A stretch of DNA of 64,000 bases from Planctomycetota bacterium (GTDB lineage Bacteria > Planctomycetota > Phycisphaerae > UBA1845): contig JAJRWX010000005.1 of assembly GCA_024276605.1 (NCBI GenBank), forward strand, positions 49-64,048, given 5' to 3'. A program made the position numbers and the translations under genes. The notes beneath the pieces are model-generated. The model was given only the letters and a program-made list of their open reading frames with translations. It was not told the DNA's origin and ran no database searches. This document shows positions 29,896 to 37,889 of the stretch, piece after piece. The first letter of the stretch is position 1. Each line of letters opens with the position of its first letter.

Positions 29896-30218
29896 ATGAG
29901 TGATGCACATGCAGACGTCACTAAACATGTTAAAGCATACATCGCTGTTTTTACTGCACTGATTACCCTAACGGTCGTCACGGTATTGGCATCCAGACTG
30001 ACGGTTGCACCGTCGGTACATGTAGCCATCGCGCTGGCTATTGCCGGTTTCAAAGCGTCACTCGTGGCTATGATTTTCATGCACCTTAAATGGGAAAGGC
30101 AGGCAATATCTGGTTTGTGCTAGCGCTAACAGCCGTTTTCTTCGCCTTCCTGGTTTGTATTCCTTCACTCGTATCTGCGGATAAACCGCTTGGCACTGTG
30201 TTTACTTCTTGGGGTTAA
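29896..30218 (+). pseudogene. ctaF: Cytochrome c oxidase subunit IV (prokaryotic COX4 type) with an apparent 1-nt frameshift
   Basis: The ATG at 29896 follows a GGAGA Shine-Dalgarno. Two TM helices precede FMHLKWE, and the frame then ends at 30123. The alternative frame reads GNIWFVLALTAVFFAFLVCIPSLVSADKPLGTVFTSWG* (to 30218), which is the expected third helix. The frame switch coincides with the A-run at 30095-30097. Confidence 0.65.
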
Positions 30219-30266
30219 CCAATTTATCGCAATAGCGAAAATATCAAGTAGAGATTTGTCGCAACC

Positions 30267-30473
30267 ATGTCACTCAAAGCATTCCACATTATCTTCGTGA
30301 TCTTTTCGTCGCTAACTGCGTTGGGTTTTGGCTTCTGGGCTATTCGTCACTATCGCCTGCACTGCGAATTGGCTGCTTTGATTGTTGGCATCGCTTCTCT
30401 TGTGGGTTGTGCGATGCTCATTATCTACGGTAAATGGTTCCTGCGTAAACTAAGGGGAGTCAGCTACTTGTGA
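30267..30473 (+). CDS. Small two-TM membrane protein in the oxidase operon
   Basis: 68-aa ORF with two hydrophobic helices. Its stop overlaps the next ORF start (GTGA at 30470-30473). No family recognised. Confidence 0.5.
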   Translation: MSLKAFHIIFVIFSSLTALGFGFWAIRHYRLHCELAALIVGIASLVGCAMLIIYGKWFLRKLRGVSYL

Positions 30474-30736
30474 TCCTACATCATCCACGAACATGCCTTT
30501 TCTTTTCTGTTATGGTGGTGTTTTGCCTGTTCACAACAACATCGGCCCATGCATGTGCCGTCTGTTTCGGCGACCCGGATTCGCCTATGTCCAAAGGCGC
30601 ATTGATGGGCGTGATCGTATTGCTAGGCATCATCGTTTCAGTACTTTGTGGCGTGACGGGTACAATCATATTTTGGATGCACCGTGCTCGGCAATTATCC
30701 ATCCAGCAATCCAACCACTCATCGACTAACATATGA
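30470..30736 (+). CDS. Small exported/anchored protein with a CAVCFGDPDSP motif
   Basis: 88-aa ORF. It has a signal-like N-terminus, a CxxC motif immediately after it, and then one TM helix. Its stop overlaps the ctaA start by 4 nt. Confidence 0.55.
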   Translation: MILHHPRTCLFFSVMVVFCLFTTTSAHACAVCFGDPDSPMSKGALMGVIVLLGIIVSVLCGVTGTIIFWMHRARQLSIQQSNHSSTNI

Positions 30737-31683
30737 CCGGTCCTTCGATATCTTTTTCCTCCACTAATTACCATCGTGGTTTGCACCTACTTGCGATTGC
30801 CACGGCATGTATGGTCTTTCCGCTGATTATCGTTGGCGCAGGTGTCACCAGTCAGGATGCTGGAATGGCTTTCCCGGATTGGCCTACTTCCAACGGACAT
30901 CTCGTGAATCCTCCACAATGGTGGCAACAAAACGACACCCGCTGGGAGCATGGTCATCGCCTTATCGGATGGGTTGTCGGCATGCTCGCTATCGGTACAA
31001 CCGCCCTCAGCTTCAAACGCGGAAAACCCGTCAAGCAACTCGCCATCGCTACGCTCATCGCGATCATCATTCAAGGGGTTCTCGGCGGGTTACGCGTACG
31101 CGAAATTTCTACATCGCTCGCTTTGGTTCACGGTATCTGGGGACAGCTGTGTTTTTGCTTAGCCTGCACGACAGCCCTTCTCTGCTCCAGGGGATGGATG
31201 TGTTATGATGGCGGGCCTCATAAAATTCGCGGTGCGTCGACGTTGCAACGATTATGCCTCGCATCTGTGTTCGCAGTATTCATTCAATTACTTAGCGGTG
31301 CAACCTACCGACACATGGCCATAAGTAGTGCCATATTGATTCATGTTTTGTGGGTTGTCATATTGTCTCTTGTGGTCGGATGTGTGGTGATGTGGATCAT
31401 CACACAAAATCACGGGCAAACGCTTCTTGGGAAACTGGGGAGAGCATTAGCTACCCTTATGGTTATCCAGCTATTCCTCGGTGGGTTCAGCTTTCTTATC
31501 ATCGTATTAAAAATGTCGAGTTCAGCGTTTGCGATATGGGCCATTCCCTCTGCACATGTAGCGGTGGGCGCTTTAATGTTCGCATGTTCGCTTTCGCTAT
31601 GTTTATGTTCTTTTCGTATACTTAGACCTGCTCCGGAGGAGGTCACGATAGATACAACCGGGCAGGCCACGGCTACATCATGA
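30733..31683 (+). CDS. ctaA: Haem A synthase (COX15/CtaA family)
   Basis: 316-aa ORF with eight predicted TM helices. The conserved His contexts are WEHGHRLIGW and YRHMAISSAILIHV. It lies directly before ctaB. Confidence 0.8.
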   Translation: MTGPSISFSSTNYHRGLHLLAIATACMVFPLIIVGAGVTSQDAGMAFPDWPTSNGHLVNPPQWWQQNDTRWEHGHRLIGWVVGMLAIGTTALSFKRGKPVKQLAIATLIAIIIQGVLGGLRVREISTSLALVHGIWGQLCFCLACTTALLCSRGWMCYDGGPHKIRGASTLQRLCLASVFAVFIQLLSGATYRHMAISSAILIHVLWVVILSLVVGCVVMWIITQNHGQTLLGKLGRALATLMVIQLFLGGFSFLIIVLKMSSSAFAIWAIPSAHVAVGALMFACSLSLCLCSFRILRPAPEEVTIDTTGQATATS

Positions 31684-32594
31684 GCGACACCTTACCATTG
31701 GCGGATCACGCGCGGGCCGTAGGCTGGTCTCGTTTTGCAGCCTATATTGAATTAACCAAACCGCGCGTCGCGAGCTTAGTGCTTGTCGCTACAGCCGTCG
31801 GTTATTTTCTCGCATTACCTGCCATCCCAGACATAACCGCATTCATTGGTTTAGCGAGCACCATCCTCGGCATCACGTTGGTCGCCGGTTCAGCCAACGC
31901 CATGAATCAGTTGATCGAGGTTCGCTATGACGCCATGATGACCAGAACACAAGATCGCCCGTTAGTCACGAATCGACTGACACCTTACGAAGTTCTCGTG
32001 TCTGCCACCATCGCTTGTATTCTGGGCATTTCCATTTTGGCTATCCAAACGAATCTACTCGCTGCGGCGCTCGCGCTGCTTTCATTCACAAGCTACGTGT
32101 TTGTCTATACACCACTGAAACGTACAACTACGCTTTGTGTCATCGTCGGGGCAGTTCCCGGTGCATTGCCTCCGGTCATCGGATGGGCGGCAGCCACGGG
32201 CACTATACCTTTAGAAGCTTGGCTGTTATTTGCTATCGTCTTCGTGTGGCAATTACCTCACGTAGCAGCCATCGCATGGCTCCACAAAGAAGACTACCAA
32301 CGTGCTGATTTCGCCATGCTCCCCGTCGTCGACCCCTCCGGCTTGCGCACATGTCTTCACATGATCACGCATTCCATCACGCTTCTTACGGTAAGTTTTC
32401 TACCCATCGTGTACGGTCTAGCAGGGACGACTTATTTACTAGGCGCTATGATACTTGGCGTTTCATTTCTTCTGGTAGGCGTAGCCTTTGTTTGGCTTAA
32501 GACTGCTTACATCGCCCGCGTTCACCTATTTTCTTCCATCACCTACCTACCCGCGTTATTTGCCGCCATGATGGTGGACAAGGTCGGCATCTAG
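31680..32594 (+). CDS. ctaB: Protohaem IX farnesyltransferase (haem O synthase)
   Basis: 304-aa UbiA-family protein carrying NAMNQLIEVRYDAMMTRTQDRP and VWQLPHVAAIAW. Confidence 0.9.
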   Translation: MSDTLPLADHARAVGWSRFAAYIELTKPRVASLVLVATAVGYFLALPAIPDITAFIGLASTILGITLVAGSANAMNQLIEVRYDAMMTRTQDRPLVTNRLTPYEVLVSATIACILGISILAIQTNLLAAALALLSFTSYVFVYTPLKRTTTLCVIVGAVPGALPPVIGWAAATGTIPLEAWLLFAIVFVWQLPHVAAIAWLHKEDYQRADFAMLPVVDPSGLRTCLHMITHSITLLTVSFLPIVYGLAGTTYLLGAMILGVSFLLVGVAFVWLKTAYIARVHLFSSITYLPALFAAMMVDKVGI

Positions 32595-32607
32595 CCTAGA
32601 TAGCGTA

Positions 32608-33570
32608 ATGCCCATGTCAGAGAAAGCCTGTGTTGAGGTCGAGTCAGTTTCCCATCAATACGGAAAGCGTTGGGCGCTCAACGACATTAGCTTTCAAGTA
32701 TACCCAGGCCAATTGTTTGCTTTGCTCGGCCCTAACGGTGGTGGCAAGAGCACGTTATTTCGTATCCTCACCACCCTACTTTCACCCACCAAGGGAACAG
32801 CGCGTATCGAGGGTGCAGACATTATCAAGCAATCGCACGATGTGCGCTGCTCAGTTGGCGTTGTGTTCCAAAACCCCAGCCTCGATGATCGACTCACCGT
32901 TTTGGAAAACCTCACCCACCAGGGACATCTGTACGGTTTGAAAGGCGTACCGCTTCGCCAACGCTGCCATGAAGTCATGGACGAGTTCGATATCGATGAC
33001 CGAGCGAAGGATATGGTTGGCATATTGTCGGGCGGCTTGAAACGACGCGTTGAACTGGCCAAGGCAAACCTTCATCATCCAAAAATACTCATTCTGGACG
33101 AACCCAGTACCGGCCTGGACCCCGCTGCCCGTTTAGGCCTATTTACTTACCTTGAAAAATTGCGCACCGCCGACGGGGTCACCACGCTGGTCACCACGCA
33201 CTTAATGGACGAGGCTGATCGTTGCGATATCGTAGCTTTCTTGGATGACGGCAAGCTAGTGGCCCTTGATTCGCCCTTAGCCTTAAAGCAAGCGATCGGC
33301 GGCGATGTTATTATAGTGACGACCCAAGACGCACCAGCCATGCATGAGAAAATCGCAAATAGATTTGGTGGGCAGGTGGATTTGATAGACAATGGTGTTC
33401 GTATCGAACGGGATCGAGGCCACGAGTTTGTACCGGAGTTAATCGAAGCCTTCCCCAACGAAATCGACAGCGTCACCGTCGGCAAACCCACGCTGGACGA
33501 TGTGTTCCTTCATTTGACAGGTCATCAACTCGCCAGAGATAGTCATGAAAACGTGGAGAATAATCGTTGA
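32608..33570 (+). CDS. ABC transporter ATP-binding protein (ABC-2 subfamily style)
   Basis: Walker A is GPNGGGKST, the signature is LSGGLKRR and Walker B is ILILDEPSTGLD. It overlaps the permease gene by 4 nt. Confidence 0.9.
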   Translation: MPMSEKACVEVESVSHQYGKRWALNDISFQVYPGQLFALLGPNGGGKSTLFRILTTLLSPTKGTARIEGADIIKQSHDVRCSVGVVFQNPSLDDRLTVLENLTHQGHLYGLKGVPLRQRCHEVMDEFDIDDRAKDMVGILSGGLKRRVELAKANLHHPKILILDEPSTGLDPAARLGLFTYLEKLRTADGVTTLVTTHLMDEADRCDIVAFLDDGKLVALDSPLALKQAIGGDVIIVTTQDAPAMHEKIANRFGGQVDLIDNGVRIERDRGHEFVPELIEAFPNEIDSVTVGKPTLDDVFLHLTGHQLARDSHENVENNR

Positions 33571-34361
33571 ATGAGTTGACCGGACATGCCTGGCTACTTC
33601 CTTCCGTCTCTCTTTGGCGACGGGAAGTGGTTCGATTTCTGCGACAGCGAGGACGGGTTGTTGGCGCACTAGGGACACCGGTGGTCTTTTGGCTGCTGAT
33701 TGGTTCCGGATTGCGTAACTCCTTCCGATTGCCGAACATGGACCAATCGATCAACTACCTGGAATACTCATTCCCCGGCATGTTGGCCCTGATCGTTTTA
33801 TTCACGGCTATTTTTGCGACGATTTCGATCATTGAAGATCGACGTGAAGGGTTTATGCAGGCGGTGCTGGCCGCCCCGGTCAGTCGTACAGCGATTGTAC
33901 TCGGTAAAGTTTTCGGTAGCACAACACTCGCCGTCGGCCAGGCATTGGTGTTTCTGCTGCTCATACCGCTTACCGGAATTCACGTCACGCTCGCAGGTAT
34001 CATACTGGCTGTAGCGGCATTAACTGTTATGGCTATCGGCCTGAGCGCCGTCGGCGTGTTGATCGCCTGGCCTATGGACTCCATACAAGGGTTTCATGCC
34101 ATTATGAATCTAGTTCTCATGCCCATGTGGCTATTGTCCGGTGCCTTTTTTCCAGCTAGCGGCGCATCCTCATGGATGGGTTGGATCATGGCCATCAATC
34201 CACTAACATACGGCGTAGCTACGCTGCGTCACGCGCTGTACATGGGCCAAGAACTTCCAGGTTCTCAGTACCCAGCACCGATGATGTCCTGGCTAGTTAG
34301 CTGTGCTTTTTCAGTGACCGCCATTGCTGTAGCGCAACGAATGATTTCACGGAAAGCGTAA
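33567..34361 (+). CDS. ABC-2 type transporter permease
   Basis: 264-aa ORF with six TM helices. It is translationally coupled to the ATPase gene. Confidence 0.85.
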   Translation: MNELTGHAWLLPSVSLWRREVVRFLRQRGRVVGALGTPVVFWLLIGSGLRNSFRLPNMDQSINYLEYSFPGMLALIVLFTAIFATISIIEDRREGFMQAVLAAPVSRTAIVLGKVFGSTTLAVGQALVFLLLIPLTGIHVTLAGIILAVAALTVMAIGLSAVGVLIAWPMDSIQGFHAIMNLVLMPMWLLSGAFFPASGASSWMGWIMAINPLTYGVATLRHALYMGQELPGSQYPAPMMSWLVSCAFSVTAIAVAQRMISRKA

Positions 34362-34362
34362 T

Positions 34363-35055
34363 ATGCTTACACTCGAAGATCCACCGAAAACAGAACCGTT
34401 CAACGAAGACAAGCCGGTCACGACTACCCATAGTCGGCGTGATAACAAATTGGTCGCGTTAGGTTTGGCCATCATCCTCCCTACCGTCGCATTTGCTTGG
34501 GCATGGAACAGTGGCGTAGACTCACTCGACGATACTCCCCTCAGCGTGCTTGGAGACGTACCGGAGTTTTCGCTGATTGACAGTACTGGAAAGATTTTCA
34601 CTAACGACGATCTAGTAGACAAACTATGGGTAGCGAGCTTCATCTTCACAAGGTGCTCAGGCCCTTGTCAGGAACTAAGCGCTCGTATGCGAAGTCTTCA
34701 ATATGCCCTACGGAATAAGGGCAGCGATGTAAAGTTGGTTTCCATCTCCATCGATCCCAAATTCGACACACCAGCTCGCCTGAACATTTTTGCTAAGCGT
34801 TATAACGCAGACCCGGCAACATGGTTTTTTCTGACCGGAGACAGCCAGGATGAGATACACAATCTCATGCGCTACGGTTTCATGCAGACGGTTATGCCGG
34901 CCAGTGGCGATGTACCGATACAACACAGCAACTATTTAGTCATTGTGGATCGCGCGGGCAAAATACGCGCTGTTAGGGATGGCATGGCCCCGGCCAGTAA
35001 GAAGCTAATCCTCCACGATCTTGAAAAGTTACGGGCAGAGAAACCCCTGACATGA
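34363..35055 (+). CDS. SCO1/SenC-family copper chaperone
   Basis: It has one TM anchor and a thioredoxin-like fold with the FIFTRCSGPC (CxxxC) motif and a downstream His (IQHSNYLVIVD). Confidence 0.85.
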   Translation: MLTLEDPPKTEPFNEDKPVTTTHSRRDNKLVALGLAIILPTVAFAWAWNSGVDSLDDTPLSVLGDVPEFSLIDSTGKIFTNDDLVDKLWVASFIFTRCSGPCQELSARMRSLQYALRNKGSDVKLVSISIDPKFDTPARLNIFAKRYNADPATWFFLTGDSQDEIHNLMRYGFMQTVMPASGDVPIQHSNYLVIVDRAGKIRAVRDGMAPASKKLILHDLEKLRAEKPLT

Positions 35056-35483
35056 TCGAATTGAGCGATCTGCCCAAACTGAACGCGACGCTAAATAGCA
35101 TCAGTTTTGTGTTGCTAGTCTCCGGTTTTATCTGTGTCAGGCGTGGCTTCATCACCGCCCACAAACGCCTCATGCTCTCCGCATTTTGCGTTTCCGTGTT
35201 CTTTTTGGCGTCTTACTTAACCTACCGTTTTTTGGGTGAAGAAAAGAGATTCACCGGCCAAGGCTGGATCAGGCCGATCTACTTCTTCATACTCATTACT
35301 CATGTGGTTCTAGCTGCGACAGTGCCAGTGCTCGCCTCCTGGACGCTTGTGCGAGGACTTCAGGGCAAGATCAACAAACACCGCAAATTGGCCCGCTGGA
35401 CGCTGCCTATATGGATATACGTCTCTTTTACAGGCGTCTTAGTCTATCTGTTACTTTTTAGACTCTACGGACCGTCAGGCTAA
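35052..35483 (+). CDS. DUF420-family membrane protein (oxidase-associated)
   Basis: 143-aa ORF. LPKLNATLNSISFVLLVSG...HKRLMLSAF...HRKLARWTLPIWIYVSFTGVLVY matches the DUF420 pattern. It overlaps SCO1 by 4 nt. Confidence 0.75.
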   Translation: MIELSDLPKLNATLNSISFVLLVSGFICVRRGFITAHKRLMLSAFCVSVFFLASYLTYRFLGEEKRFTGQGWIRPIYFFILITHVVLAATVPVLASWTLVRGLQGKINKHRKLARWTLPIWIYVSFTGVLVYLLLFRLYGPSG

Positions 35484-35637
35484 CCCCGATGTATATAAAG
35501 CAGTAGCCGCATGACACATGTCGAGTGGTGAGGATCCGCGTTGACTTCCGATGAGTTAGATTAGCGGCTCGAATTGGAGATTTAAGAATCTCGCAATACA
35601 CGGTTGGTTCGTTAAGCCATAAGGAAAGGTAGCCGAT

Positions 35638-35721
35638 ATGTTCGATCTGGCGATTGGAAGCATCCTGTTTTTTGGCATTCTCTTTTTAGCCACATTTTTG
35701 GGGCTGTTCCAAACGGCGTAG
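35638..35721 (+). CDS. Candidate 27-aa hydrophobic micropeptide (MFDLAIGSILFFGILFLATFLGLFQTA)
   Basis: Not in the ORF track because it is too short. An ATG lies 8 nt after GGAAAGG. It encodes a single TM-length hydrophobic helix. It is a paralogue of the ORF at 35778-35858. Confidence 0.4.
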   Translation: MFDLAIGSILFFGILFLATFLGLFQTA

Positions 35722-35777
35722 GGGAGTTTTATTTCGCGGTGAGCCGGGTCAATGACTTGTTTTAGGAGTAAATAAGC

Positions 35778-35858
35778 ATGAATCTATTTGTGGGTATCAC
35801 CGCATTCGTACTGGCCTTGATGTTTGGATTGTTCGACTTCCTGTTTCAAACGGGCTGA
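35778..35858 (+). CDS. Candidate 26-aa hydrophobic micropeptide (MNLFVGITAFVLALMFGLFDFLFQTG)
   Basis: Not in the ORF track. An ATG lies 10 nt after AGGAG. It shares the C-terminal LFQT[AG]-stop and the hydrophobic pattern of the upstream micro-ORF. Confidence 0.4.
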   Translation: MNLFVGITAFVLALMFGLFDFLFQTG

Positions 35859-36008
35859 TCGTTCAATCTGTACAATAGGGGGTAGCCAAGGATCACTCCG
35901 GTGCCATGGCCGTCCCCCCGCTTGTCAACTTAATCATCTTCTTGTAGAACCTTCGGGCTTCTGCTCGATGATATGGAGGGTTTGCCCTCTAAGCCTCGGG
36001 TTGATGGA

Positions 36009-36091
36009 GGACGTGTGCCCGAGTGGCTAAAGGGGACGGGCTGTAAACCCGTTGGCGAGAGCCTTAGCAGGTTCGAATCCTGCCGCGTCCA
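36009..36091 (+). tRNA. tRNA-Tyr (anticodon GTA), long variable arm, no encoded CCA
   Basis: The acceptor stem is GGACGTG/CGCGTCC with one G-U pair. The anticodon stem-loop is ACGGG-CTGTAAA-CCCGT. The T arm is GCAGG-TTCGAAT-CCTGC, the discriminator is A, and the extra arm is typical of bacterial tRNA-Tyr. Confidence 0.9.
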
Positions 36092-36106
36092 TTTGAAAGA
36101 TATGCT

Positions 36107-36976
36107 ATGCGCATCGATGAACTGCTCAAGGAAAAGAAACCCGCCCTTTCCTTCGAGTTCTTCCCGCCCAAGGATGAAATCGGTTTTTGGGATTTATACC
36201 GCACCATTGAATCTCTAAAGCCACTGAAGCCTACCTATGTCTCCGTCACCTATGGGGCCGCGGGGAGTACACGCGAAAAGACCATCAATCTGGTGCAACG
36301 CATCAAGTCGGATATCGGTATGGAAGCCATGGCCCATCTGACCTGCGTCGGATCTACCAAAGCGGAGCTGGGCAAGATTGTAGATGACTTACGGCAGCAC
36401 GGGGTGGAAAATGTTCTTACGTTGCGCGGCGACCCACCACAAGGGCAAGCATCTTTCCAGGCGGTCGAAGGTGGATTTCAATACGCCAATGAACTCGTCA
36501 GCTTTATACGTGACCGTTGCGACTTATGCATCGGTGCAGCATGTTACCCGGAAGTACACCCCGAAGCATCGAATCCGGAAGATGACTTACTGAATCTTAA
36601 ACGCAAAGTAGACTGCGGCGTCAATTTTCTGGTCACGCAACTATTTTTCGATAACGATTTATTTTTCTCCTTCCGCGAGCGTGTGGAAAAAGCTGGTATG
36701 GACTTGCCGATCATTGCGGGCATCATGCCTATCTTGAGCGTGGGCCAGGTAAAACGCTTCACACAGATGTGCGGTACTGAAATTCCCCAAGACCTGTTAC
36801 GCAAAATCGAAGCCGTAGAAGACGATGCGGAAGCGGTTCGCCATATCGGCACCTACCACGCCACACAACAATGCATCGCACTCATCGAACAAGGCGTCGC
36901 CGGCATCCATTTTTATACACTCAATCGTTCAACTGCGACGCGAGCCATTTATCAGCACATTAAGACGATGATTTGA
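36107..36976 (+). CDS. metF: Methylenetetrahydrofolate reductase
   Basis: 289-aa ORF. SFEFFPPK, VSVTYGAGGS-like (VSVTYGAAGS), HLTC and LRGDPP are classic MetF motifs. Confidence 0.92.
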   Translation: MRIDELLKEKKPALSFEFFPPKDEIGFWDLYRTIESLKPLKPTYVSVTYGAAGSTREKTINLVQRIKSDIGMEAMAHLTCVGSTKAELGKIVDDLRQHGVENVLTLRGDPPQGQASFQAVEGGFQYANELVSFIRDRCDLCIGAACYPEVHPEASNPEDDLLNLKRKVDCGVNFLVTQLFFDNDLFFSFRERVEKAGMDLPIIAGIMPILSVGQVKRFTQMCGTEIPQDLLRKIEAVEDDAEAVRHIGTYHATQQCIALIEQGVAGIHFYTLNRSTATRAIYQHIKTMI

Positions 36977-37013
36977 ATTCTTCCCCTTCGAAATGGCTCT
37001 ATGATACCGTTGG

Positions 37014-37859
37014 ATGGTAGCTCTGGCGACATGTGCGATGACTGAATTCCAAAAGCCAACACGAGCAGAACTGGCTAACATGAGTCCGGAGCGCGAACTC
37101 TTATGGTATGACTACGCAGATGCATGGCTCCGATTTCCGCTGAAACGGGTGCTCGACTACGGTTGTGGATACGGCAACTTTCTTCAAAGACTAGCAGATC
37201 GTTCCACGTCTCGAACCGGTGTTGATATTGACGAGGAAAAAGTCAAGATCGCATCGTCGGTTGACGGTATTCGTGCACAGATTGCACCTCCATCCGCAGC
37301 GCTTCCATACGAAGACGAATCTTTTGATACGGTCATCATCATGGAGGTCATCGAGCATGTCGCTGACGAGCCTACCGTTATGGCTGAGCTTTCGCGCGTA
37401 CTTGCACCGGGCGGTTTTCTACTGTTAACCACACCTCACAAGGGACTGTTAACCTTTATTGATCCCGGTAATTTGAAGTTCGTCATGCCTGGCGTTCATC
37501 GCTTCATTCACCGCACATTGCTAGGACAGAAAGATTATTATGAAAGACGCTTTGGCCAAGCGCGCCTCAACGATAAGGGAATGGTAGCCGATTTCACCAC
37601 GGATCAGATTCCGTGGCATCGACACTATCGATTCCAGACAATCCAATCGGTAGCGCCCCAATGCTTGGAGGTGGTTGCATGGTCAACTTACTTTCCCGCG
37701 TTTCGGGCGTTTTGGACGCTGCGCTTAGTCTTAAAGGTGTTAACCTTGGGATGGATCAAACGGCTTCCATGGCCATTGTCTGCGATCTATCGCAAGTTAA
37801 GCCGAGTCGAGTCCCGCACGGGTGATCAGCTAGTCGTACTCTTTCACAAGAAGACCTGA
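37014..37859 (+). CDS. Class I SAM-dependent methyltransferase
   Basis: 281-aa ORF with motif I VLDYGCGYGNF and a post-I acidic residue, plus VIIMEVIEHV and APGGFLLLTTP. Confidence 0.8.
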   Translation: MVALATCAMTEFQKPTRAELANMSPERELLWYDYADAWLRFPLKRVLDYGCGYGNFLQRLADRSTSRTGVDIDEEKVKIASSVDGIRAQIAPPSAALPYEDESFDTVIIMEVIEHVADEPTVMAELSRVLAPGGFLLLTTPHKGLLTFIDPGNLKFVMPGVHRFIHRTLLGQKDYYERRFGQARLNDKGMVADFTTDQIPWHRHYRFQTIQSVAPQCLEVVAWSTYFPAFRAFWTLRLVLKVLTLGWIKRLPWPLSAIYRKLSRVESRTGDQLVVLFHKKT

Positions 37860-37889
37860 ATGGCTCGAAACACTTGGCTGTTTCATACG

